A stretch of DNA of 64,000 nucleotides from contig MU008177.1 of the NCBI GenBank assembly GCA_010909165.1, positions 992,001 through 1,056,000 on the forward strand, read 5' to 3'. This DNA is from Anthoceros angustus (lineage: Eukaryota > Plantae > Anthocerotophyta). Below, piece after piece: positions 38,983-49,813 of this stretch; the stretch's first letter is position 1, and every line of letters starts with the position of its first letter. The position numbers and the translations under genes are program-made. The notes under the pieces are model-generated. The model did not search any database. It was not told where the DNA came from and saw only the letters and a program-made list of their open reading frames with translations.

Positions 38983-41900
38983 TTAAGGAACCTGCACTAA
39001 AAGTAGTCGCCAATCAGCTTGAAGTAAGAGATAAGTTTCCTCCGAGTTTGGAAATCGAGGAGTTAGGCGCATATCATAGTAAGAGCCACGAAAAATCTGG
39101 TCCCACTTGTTATGTAGCCGAAATGAAGGATGTGTCATGGTTTCTTCTAAGACATACATTTCCGACAAAATGGGTTTCCAGCGATGTTGAATCGCCTGAA
39201 ATAAGCTCCAATAGCCATGTGCCCAGTCCGTAACTGGGTGAGAAAGGATGACACCTTACGATCATGAAGGCCAAGACGGTGTAACACTGACGCCGAGGGG
39301 CCACCAAGCACCACTCGCTTTAGCGCAAAACTTTTTAGTAGATGAGGCCCACTGTACATGCCACTCCTGCAAACTTGCCACATGAATCGCTTGACGCCTG
39401 GACACACAAGGTACATTTCAATCGGAAATTGGAAGAAGAGTCGCTTTTGAATATCCGCCACCTCATTGCCGACTACATTAGTATGGCCCGGAATCCAATG
39501 GAGGTTTAGGGAAACTTGAGGGTGAGCAAGAGAGAGGGCATGGAGAGCGGCCCGAGCCCGTATTGAGATAGCCTGGGAGAAGCGCGCTGATGTGTCAGTT
39601 AAAGACAAGATAGCTGCTTGGTTATCAATGAATATGTTAACTGAGCGAACCCCAGAGAGTGTGGCTAAAAGAGTAGGTAGGTATGAGATGCCTTAACCAC
39701 AGAAAGGAGTTCTGCCTCAAAAATCCCATAGTAAGTCTCTAAACCAAAAGACAATTGATGCACATGATCCCTGTTGAAATAGAAAAACCGCCTCCAAATT
39801 TTACCATCCATGAGGGAACCATCAGTGTAAATTGCAAGAGTATTAGGAGCCAGCAAATACTGAGAATGTGAGGCAATGGCTAACTCAGGAGATGGTAAAA
39901 TCACAGTGGTTGAGGGTAAAGACAGGGGGGAGCCCAAGGGGGAACAAGGCGAGGAAAATGGTCTCAATGGCGAGGGGTGGGCAAATCAGAACAAGTAGAG
40001 AGGAGCTTGGGAAAGGAGGGTGAGTTGGCTACGGTTAGCTTTGTAATACCGTTTTTTGTGGTTAGAAGCCGGTAGAAAGGCTCGGTGGATTGGGTGGGAA
40101 GGAGGGCAAGAGAGGTTACGGAGAAAAGAACGGAGAGAATGGCATTGAAGACGGATCTTAGTGGGCAGAAGGAAAGCTTCAAATTCAAGGGCCTTAGTGG
40201 AGGTGGTTCGGAACGCGCTAGTAATTGCCTTACAAGCAAGACGCTGAACCTGCTGAAGATGTTGAATATGCGTGCACCTGCCATTAAACCAAACACCGCA
40301 GCCATAATCGAGTTTAGGCAAAACAACAGCAATATATAGTTGTCGCAGGAGGTTAGCTTTGAGTCCCCAAACAGAGGTACCAAGAGAGATAATAGCTGAT
40401 AGAGTACACATAGCCGGTCAAGCATACATGGTGTTCCAAGTTAACTTGGAGTCTAAGTAAAAGCCCAAGAATTTGACACACTAGGAGTAATAAGGGAGCC
40501 ATCAAGAGAAAGAGTATACTCCTTAATATTTTCCTTGCGCTTGAGAGAAAAATGAATGAGCTCGAACTTGTTGAGATCAAACTCCACGAGGTGCGTGGAG
40601 GCCCACTTACTATGTAGCATAGCTTGAAGCTTTTTTGTGGATTTTTTGCACGAAAGAGCAGTGGCATATGCCCGTGTCATCAATCCAACCAGTGCTGCCG
40701 CCCATAGATTGAAGTTGAGAGATAAGGCCAGAGATGAAGAACAGAAAAAGAAGAGGAGAAATAGGCGAACCTTGTGGTAACCCCGCACAGACCGGCGCAA
40801 GAGTGTCACAACGGCCATCCAAACATAGTGAAGTTACACGTTGAGATAAAAAGTGAAAGACCCAATGAATCAGTGCAGTTGGAAGACCTTTCCTGCATAA
40901 AATAGATAGGAGGACCTGATGATTAACTGAGTCAAATGCACCCTTGATGTCCATAAGGAGAAGGGAAAGAACATGGCGTTGTCCCCAAGCCCTGCAAATA
41001 TCTTGTACTAGAAGAGTTGTTGCATCACTTGTACTCCCCGGCCGACCCCCCCAAGTGACCGTGGGGAAGAAGGCCAACATGAGTTTCAACCAAGAAAGAA
41101 AGTCGTGAGGCCATAAAACCCTCCAAAGCCTTGCCCAAGCAATTAAGAAGTGCAATAGGCGATAAGAACGTGGCGGTGAATGTTTAGCTTAACTTATGGA
41201 GAATGATGAAGTGACGCCACGCATGTGATGATAACCCAATATAGAGCACCCGAAAGATAGATAAATAAAAGCCTTTGAGGAGATCCCACTCTCTCTGGAG
41301 AAACCCCAGAAGAATAGTGTCTGGGCCCGCCGCCTTCCACGCCTTAGCACCAAAGATAGCCTTATGCACCTCGAGTAGGATCGCCACTGAATTGAGAGTT
41401 TGTCAAGGTGGTAGGGAGGGTACCGGATGAAGAGGGAAACAAAGCATCGGAGCGCACATTTGTCGACATGAGTGAACAAGTGACCCATCCCGTAAAGTAA
41501 AGGGGTGAAAGAAGGGAAGTTTAGTAGAACGATAAATCCTCCAAATATCTTGTACCGTAAGAGTTGTTGCATCACTTGTACTCCGGCCCGGCCGACCCCA
41601 AGTGACCGTGGGGAAGAAGGCCAACATGAGTTTCAACCAAGAAAGAAAGTCGTGAGGCCATAAAACCCTCCAAAGCCTTGCCCAAGCAATTAAGAAGTGC
41701 AATAGGCGATAAGAACCGGCTCTTGGAGCAGGTGGATTGGCAGCAACCAAATTCAAGTTGGGAGCTCCAACATGCGGACAATTCTAGCAAAGTGTCCTGC
41801 TCTCCATGGCCGCACTTTTACAGGCTAGGCCTTGTCTCATTGGTTCCACGATGGTGGTAGCTCGTCCTCTCCTCTAGATCTACCACGAGACCTAGGATAT

Positions 41901-44900
41901 CTTCCTCTTGATACGGTGCCTCTTGAATAAACATATCCGGTATAGCATCTGCTTCGCCATGGCCTCTTGCGTGTTTGAGGATTAGTCAAAGCTATCCTAT
42001 TTTGAGCCCATCTCTTAAGGCCGGTGATAAACTTGTGGAGTTTGTCTGCTCATGCATCTCTGGACATTGCAAGACAATGAGCTAAACTCACTCACATACT
42101 CCCGCAAAGTTCCGGTATGCTTGACATTGTCGAGCATCCTTGCGCCAAACTCATTTGCATTAGCGGGTTGGAAAGCGCTTGCTTGAAGTCGCCCATGTGA
42201 AGATTGTGGCTCTGCGATTGCCTTGCCTTACGTTCTCAGCGTAAGTCCTCCACCAAGTAAGAGCATAATCCTCTAAGAAATTATGGCGTGCTTGGTACTC
42301 ATCTTCGGCACTCGCATGATTCGATGCTTCAAAGAAAAACCAAGAACGATTTTCTCGTCACGCTCGCCTTTGTAAGTCTTTGGGGCTGTGTCCTCAACTT
42401 CTTAGACTTTTGGCGGTGCTCTCGAGCTCGAGCTCCACTTCTTGGCTCTTCTTCAGCGAGCTTTTGCCTTTAATCTCACGATCCATGGCATCAAGTCTCA
42501 TCATGATCTTTTGGAGCTGGTCCTCTATGGTGGGTCCTGCTCCAAGTTCCTTCCTCCGTTCTCACAACTTGCGGACTCTGTGGCTCTTCCACAGTGCGGG
42601 GCCTTATCCTTTGTGCGTATCCTTTCCACTCTACTTGGCTCAGGATCGCCATCTCCACTAGCGTACTAGTCAAGATGCTTCAACCTATGCTCACGATACC
42701 ACAAGTAACACCCCCAGCGGGGTGGGGAAAACCATGATTAGAAGCAAAAGGGTAATAAATCAACACACACACTAGGCCTCCAAGTAGCCGCCCTCCTCTT
42801 CTAGGAGGACTCGAGACACCCTTGCCGCTGCTCTTTATTCTTAGATCACGAGTCAACAAGAACATACAGTGGAGGCTAGAGAACTCCCCATCTTTGCCTA
42901 AGCTAGGAGCTTAGCTCTCTCTTCACTTGACCTCCTCCACAAAGCTCCTTCACGGCCTCCCTTAGTGCTTCAGCCCAAGCAACAAGTGCTCTCAAGGCAC
43001 AGCCCAAGCATCCAGTGCTCTCAAGGCTGAACTGTCTTTACCCTAGGGCTAGGTCTCCTTTTATACACAAGCCCTAGCTACAATCTTAGTAACTACTTAC
43101 TTAAGCTTTAAGCTATTATTTACTACCATACACTTCCTAGGGCTGCATGCTTAACATGCTCTTAGTAAGCTGCTCTTCTAAACATGCCTGCATGGAGCTT
43201 TCTTACCAAAGCACTCAAGCGCCTTTGCTCACACCTTTTTGAATCTGCTGCCTAATTTAGTAAGCTTGGGATTTGTGTTGGGAATTTGACAAGCCGTGAA
43301 TTTCGCATAAAGGCGAGGCGTCACCCATGTTGCTTTTGGGGCACAAATCTGTGTGGAGAATTGACCCTCTTTACCTCCAATCTGGCCTTGCGTTTCTTAG
43401 TGAAGAATTGCCTTACAAGCTAGATTGAACCCAATGAAGATGTTGAATATGCGTGCCGCCATTAAACCAAACACCGCAGCCATAATCAAGTTTAGGCAAA
43501 ACAATGAATATATAGTTGTCGCAGGAGGTTAGCTTTGAGTCCCCAAACAGAGGTACCAAGAGAGAGATAATACGATAGAGTACACATAGCCGGTCAAGCA
43601 TACATGGTGTTCCAAGTTAACTTGGAGTCTAAGTAAAAGCCCAAGAATTTGACACACTAGGAGTAATAAGGGAGCCATCAAGAGAAAGAGTATACTCCTT
43701 AATATTTTCCTTGCGCTTGAGAGAAAAATGAATGAGCTCGAACTTGTTGAGATCAAACTCCACGAGGTGCGTGGAGGCCCACTTACTATGTAGCATAGCT
43801 TGAAGCTTTTTGTGGATTTTTTGCGAGCAAAGTGGCATATGCCCCTGTCATCAATCCAACCAATGCCGCCCCATAGATTGAAGTTGAGAGATAAGGCCGA
43901 TGAAGAATGTAAAAAAGAAGAGGAGAAATAGGCGAACCTTGTGGTAACCCCGTATGCGCAAGAGTGTCACAAGGCCATCCAAACATAGTGAAGTTACACG
44001 TTGAGATAAAAAGTGAAAGACCCAATGAATCAAGCAGCTTGGAAGACCTTTCCGCATAAAATAGATAGGAGGACCTGATGATTAACTGAGTCAAATGCAC
44101 CCTTGATGTCCATAAGGAGAAGGGAAAGAACATGGCGTTGTCCCCAAGCCTCGCAAATATCTTGTACCGTAAGAGTTGTTGCATCACTTGTACTCCGGCC
44201 CGGCCGACCAAGTGACCGTGGGGAAGAAGGCCAACATGAGTTTCAACCAAGAAAGAAAGTCGTGAGGCCATAAAACCCTCCAAAGCCTTGCCCAAGCAAT
44301 TAAGAAGTGCAATAGGCGATAAGAACGGGCGTGAATAGTTAGCTTTAACTTATGGAGAATGAGAAGCGAGTGACGCTACGTGGATGATAACCCAATATAG
44401 AGCACGCTGAAAGATAGATAAATAAAAGCCTTTGAGGAGATCCCACTCTCTGGAGAAACCCAGCAGCAATAGTGTCTGGGCCCGCCCGCCCACGCCTTAG
44501 CACCAAAGATAGCCTTATGCACCTCGTGCGAGTAGGATCGCCACTGAATTGAGAGTTTGTCAAGGTGGTAGGGAGGGTACCGGATGAAGAGGGAAACAAA
44601 GCGGATCGGAGGGCGCACATTTGTCGATGAGAGTGAACAAGTGACCCATCCCGTAAAGTAAAGGGGTGAAAGAAGGGGAAGTAGGTATAGTAGAACGATA
44701 AATCCTCCAAATATCTGAGTCGCTAGCCTCTGCAAGAAATGTCTTCCAATGGTCCTTCTTGGCCATTTTAACCATGCGAAAGTACTCATTCCTGGCTGTC
44801 CGAAAAATCGCAATGTCCGATGAACTGTTAGTGGTGCGCATAATCCGGCGTGCCCGAGCTAGTCCCTTACGCAAAGAAGACAGGGTAGGAGACCACCAAG

Positions 44901-45813
44901 GTTTAGCACGGAGGTGAGGGCGCACAACAGGGGTAGAGGCGGAAATTGCCCTTTGGAGAGAGAGGGTGACTTGCGCAACTAGGTGATCAATCTGAGAGGG
45001 GGTCTGAGGGAGACCTAAACCGACCAAGTTAGTGGAAATTTCAGCAGCTAAAGTGGAGGAAAATTTGACCCCGTCAATAGCTCTAACATTAAGGCAGGGT
45101 GGAGACGGAGGGGGGAGAGGTTGTGAGGAGGGAGGAATAGTGAGGATTAAACCAATAACTTGGTGGTCAGACCCTGCCTCAAGATCAGGAAGAATGTTAT
45201 AGAAGTCTACCAAGTGACGAACATCATCAGAAGAAAGAGTTAGATCCAAAGTGGAAGGGTTATTGGAGGAAGACACTTAAGTGGGGCAATCTGGCGGAGT
45301 TAGGAGGAAGAGAGGAGTGGTGTTAATGAAGAGGAAAAACTCATCAGCCGCCAAGGAAATGACTTCATCAGATGAAGAAGATTCCCACAAAGGATGATGG
45401 AGATTGAAATCGCCGAGATTAAAACAATGGTGGGAGAGGAAGGAGGCATGGGGTGTGAGAATGCGAATGGTACTATCAGAGTCAGGGGGATTGTAGAGAT
45501 TAACAAAGTGAACGACTTGACCTGGGCAAGAGACTTGGACACATTGGATATCAGGGTGATTAAAAAGGTTCCAGCGGGAAGAAATACTACTAGAACAAAG
45601 ACTTTTGTTAACATAAGTGAGGACCCTAGGGCGAGTAGGGAGGCGGAGAGGGAGGATGGGAGTCCATTGCGGTGCAAATCGCGTGGAAGGGTTGATGACA
45701 TATGGTTCTTGCAAGAAAAGAATGTCAAATCAAGAGAATAACATATTGAGAATAGTGGAAATGACGATACTGGATCGGTGGCAGTTGAGTTGGATAATCT
45801 TGAGAGAGTTCAT
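38983..45813 (-). pseudogene. LINE ORF2: APE endonuclease - RT - RNase H - Cys motif (frameshifted; partly duplicated and interrupted at 41720-43410)
   Basis: MNSLKIIQLNCHRS, QEP, GDFNLHHPLW, SDH; RPIALLNCLGKALE, MDIKGAFDSVNH, GLPQGSPISP, GWIDD; IYTDGS, AEL, WIPGHTNVVGNEVAD. Confidence 0.88.
41760..43410 (-). mobile_element. Gypsy 5' LTR part, tRNA-Met PBS and gag
   Basis: GATACCA at about 42695-42701 is the reverse complement of the TGGTATC PBS; LTR-like segment 42705-43410 is shared with 37855-38120 and 38630-38818. Confidence 0.65.
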
Positions 45814-46842
45814 GAGGGGACTGGCCGAGAGAAAACCTTGGAGTTGGCTGCAAACCGAGTGGCGCATGGAGGGTCAGAGGCCCGATGAGCACCTTGACAG
45901 TTGCAACATAGTGGGGTCGTCACCCTATAGTCTAAAGCCGAATGAGGCCCACCACAGTTCAAACACCGCTCCGCACTCCAACAAAAGGTTTGAGTGTGAC
46001 CAAAGCGTTGACATCTGAAGCATTGAGTAGGGCGTGCATTGGGGACAAATGGAGTCACCCGCAAAGATGCGACCTTGTGAAGCGCTGACGAAAGATCGCA
46101 AGCGGATTCTTCGCCGGAGGGATACCGTAATGTATGAATGATGCTTGGTGGAGAGATCCTTGAGGAGCCACCGAGGTTCATCTTCAAAGGAAATATCGTT
46201 GTTCACGAGTACTTTTGAATTCTTCCAATGGTAATGTCAGGACATCATGGACCAAGATCGATGGCGGATGCGTGAGTTGAAACCGCTGAGAAAGATGGAA
46301 AAGCCATTGGACCCCATTCCGAAGCTGATTCGATGACTTTGGCGCGCACAGCCCCAGACTCAACAATAACACCAAGAGACGTGGGGAATTTTTGCACAGC
46401 TTGAATCGTAACTGGATCGACCCCAGCCGCAATGAGAGCCCCATTAATTTTGGTCTTCAGTTCTGCATGAGTCAGATCCTGGAGATAGTCTCCATCTGTG
46501 AACCTGACAAATAGACGTTCCTCGATAATTGGAGGCGGTCTTGATGGAGGAGTGCTACCGCCGCTAGAATGGACGGCCGTGGCATAAGATAAAGGACGAG
46601 CTACCTTGACCTCAGACTTCACTTCGTTGGAAGCAGATCAAGTCTTCATTGCATGTAAGTACTTGTTGTTGGCTTGCTTCCAAAAGCGTGGCCTTCCCTA
46701 ATAGTGTGACAACAGCCCTCTCCAAGAGTCCCTTCACTTCATTCTTCTTGCCTATGGAAATATTTTTAGGTTCCGCCTTGAGCATAACAATAACATATTC
46801 GATCAATTGGATTGCCTCAGAGCCACCAGTATCAGGTGCCAT
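45810..46842 (-). pseudogene. LINE ORF1 (gag-like, three Cys/His knuckles)
   Basis: QCFRCQRFGHTQTFC...CLNCGGPH...CCNCQGAHRASDPPC. Confidence 0.88.
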
Positions 46843-47143
46843 GGTTGGGAGAGGAGGGGCCTTGGTTTGGTGCCAAGGCTAACACCACGGAAGAACGCCG
46901 CTGAAGAGGCCTCAAGGAAACCTAGCAATACTATGGTGACCTGACCTGACCACTTGCGCCCCGCACAAACCCGGAGCCAACCCTTCACGGGAAACCCTAT
47001 CGGTAGGAACTCCGCACGCAAGAGCTACTGCAAAAACACCTCACGGCCACACCGCTCCCGCACCGCACACCGCACACCGCACACTGCCCTGAATCTGTCT
47101 ATTGAAGGGGCTCAAGGAGGTTTGAAGAATGAATCATCTCATC

Positions 47144-47190
47144 GAAGAATTGCCTTCGTCACGGGTGTCGAGGAAAGACCTTTCCCTACA
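47144..47190 (-). mobile_element. Outer tip of the Gypsy LTR split off by the LINE insertion
   Basis: Follows the TSD and ends ...CCCTACA (TGTAGGG on the minus strand). Confidence 0.5.
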
Positions 47191-47259
47191 AGTATCCTTA
47201 AGATTGGCTAGGGATCTTTACCTCCTCCGAGGCTAACATGCCTCATTTTTCCTCCTTTG

Positions 47260-49400
47260 TCATCCAGCAATCCTCTTTTCACAATCTGTGCATGCAGCTG
47301 CCTACCCCTTTGTAAGGCACCAGTGCTTGCAAGCCTTCACAAGACAAGCAAAAGTAACATGGTTAGCCAAAATCAGGCCCTCCTGCTCCATTGGCCCATA
47401 CACGACAAGTGACTCATGTCCAAGCCCTTGCTGGGCACACCCAGCAATCAGCGCCGTCCATGTCACCACATCCTTTGTGCCCAAAGTTTCAAAAACCTGG
47501 CGGGCACCTTCCAGTTCGCCACATTTGGCATACATGTCCACCAGGCAGGTTCCAACAAAGAGGTTAAGAGGAACGCCACTGTGCAAGACATCACAGCGCA
47601 CTTTCCTGTCGATCCCAAGTCGGCGGCCAATGCACAAGCTTGAAGCTTTTTGTGGATTTTTTGCAGAAGGAGCGTGGCATATATGTCATCAATCCAACCG
47701 GTCTGCCGCCATAGATTGAAGTTGAGAGATAAGGCGGTGAACAGAAAAGAAGAGGAGAAATAGGCGAACCTTGTGGTAACCCCGCACATGAACCGCGCAA
47801 GAGTGTCTGACCATCCAAACATAGTGAAGTTACACGTTGAGATAAAAAGTGAAAGACCCAATGAATTAGTGCAGTTGGAAGACCTTTCCTGCATAAAATA
47901 GATAGGAGGACCTGATGATTAACTGAGTCAAATGCACCCTTGATGTCCATAAGGAGAAGGGAAAGAACATGGCGTTGTCCCCAAGCCCTGCGAATATCTT
48001 GTACTAGAAGAGTTGTTGCATCACTTGTACTCCGTCCTGGCCGACTCAACCAAGAAAGAAAGTCGTGAGGCCATAAAACCCTCCAAAGCCTTGCCCAAGC
48101 AATTAAGAAGTGCAATAGGGCGATAAGAACGTGGCAGTGAATAGTTAGCCCGGTTTAACTTGCGGAGAATGATGATGGCAGTGACGCCACTTGGATGATA
48201 ACCCAATATAGAGCACGCCTGAAAGATAGATAAATAAAAGCCTTTGAGGAGATCCCACTCTCTGGAGAAACCCAGCTGAAATAATATGCAGGCCCGCCGC
48301 CTTCCACGCCTTAACACCAAAGATAGCCTTATGCACCTCGTGCGAGTAGGGATCGGCCACTCGAATTGAGAGTTTCTGAAGGTGGTAGGGAGGGTCGGAT
48401 GAAGAGGAAACAAAGCGGATCGGAGGCACATTTGTCGACATGAGCATCCGCCTTCACTCCTGACCTACGCATCTCATGGTACAGTTGTACGGCTTCGTAA
48501 GTTTTCCCATGCTTAGCGTATGCGGAGATTATGGAAGACCACATGAAGGCATTTGGTCTACTCACCCTGGTGAACACATCCATGGCCTCCTTTAGCCTAC
48601 CTCCGCGTGCATACATGCGCAAGATATGATTCCCTAGGTATGCATTCGACTCGTAGCCAAGTTTGACAGTCAGATCATGAACTCGTCGCCCCGCAACCAA
48701 ATCCTTCTTAGCTGTACACAATTTTGTAAAGCAGTGTAAAGCAGAGACTGAGAAATCGCGGAGTCTGTGTGCGCAAGAGATTCCAGGACTCTAACGGCCT
48801 CAGGAAGCTTCCTCTGCTGACACAGCCTGCTCACGGTTCCAGCCGTTACAGCGCCCATTTCCGATCCTGCACGCCTCCTAGGTTCGGGCTTATTATCCGG
48901 AAAGCTCGACTTGGAAGGAAAGGCACCATGACCCATGTGCATATCCAAGGAAACGAGCTGCTCATCAACCCAAGCTGGCTTCAACATGCTGTTTAACCAC
49001 AGGACCTCGCCGGACCCCCTAGGCCGGAAGTCAGGCGAAAGGGAGCTCTTCTTTATCTAGTCTGCTGTCCCGACAACATGGTAGGGTCCAGGAAAAATTG
49101 TTGCCACAAGTGGTCCTGCGCCTGCGCGTGCTCCTGCTCCTTGCGAGGACCATCGCTGGAAAATCCGTCCCCACCCACACATTTTTTCGGAAGTTGAAGT
49201 GCTGGGTTCCTTACACTGCTGCATCTGGAGGGTTGATTTTTTTTAGGGGATGATTCTCTGAGGTGAGGTGAGCGGGAGCTCCCCGTAGAATTCCTGTACA
49301 CACAAACATTTGTTGAGTCCACGACAAGTCCGGTTGCCACACCGTGGCCATCGTCCAGGGCCGTTAGCGGAAGATGAGGCTAACAGCAGAATTGCGGCAG
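47260..49400 (-). pseudogene. PDF-PLS PPR gene E, 3'-truncated and interrupted by a LINE RT fragment (47640-48440)
   Basis: ORFs 49053-49340, 48670-48987, 48329-48721 and 47302-47637; no E or DYW domain. Confidence 0.8.
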
Positions 49401-49813
49401 GATGCCCAGATACATACTGTATATGACTACACTACCATGCATGCACTGTCTTTTTATTGTAAGTTAAATCAGTCATTTATCGTCATACTGGGCACCTAGT
49501 ATGGCAGGATGCCCTGGTACGGCGTATGACACCGAACGATAGTGCGAACGAATGAACGACGGTCAGCATTCTATGGGTACCAAGGAAAATGTAACACGTG
49601 GTGGTTCCGAAGTTCAAACTGCAATTACCTGTCATTCAATCTATCTGTAATCTCTTCATTGCAGAAAGACCGATTCCTTTAATTACGATCAGAGTTAGCC
49701 ATCCCTGTCTCAGTTTGCAAAGGGATGGAAGTTAGACAAGCACATTACCCCCAAGGCAAAACACAATATTCCTGGGCGTCCACACTTCAGCGCTGGCTAG
49801 GTCGTCATCATCC

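Larger units (their letters stand above)
38819..47143 (-). mobile_element. Tad1/I-group-like LINE with RNase H; both ends present, internal duplication
   Basis: 13-bp TSD GAAGAATTGCCTT (38806-38818 and 47144-47156); (TAAA)n 3' tail; ORF1 and ORF2 motifs. Confidence 0.9.

Noticed and set aside
47049-47085. (CACCG)n short repeat in the LINE 5' UTR
   Set aside because: Too short to support a functional claim.
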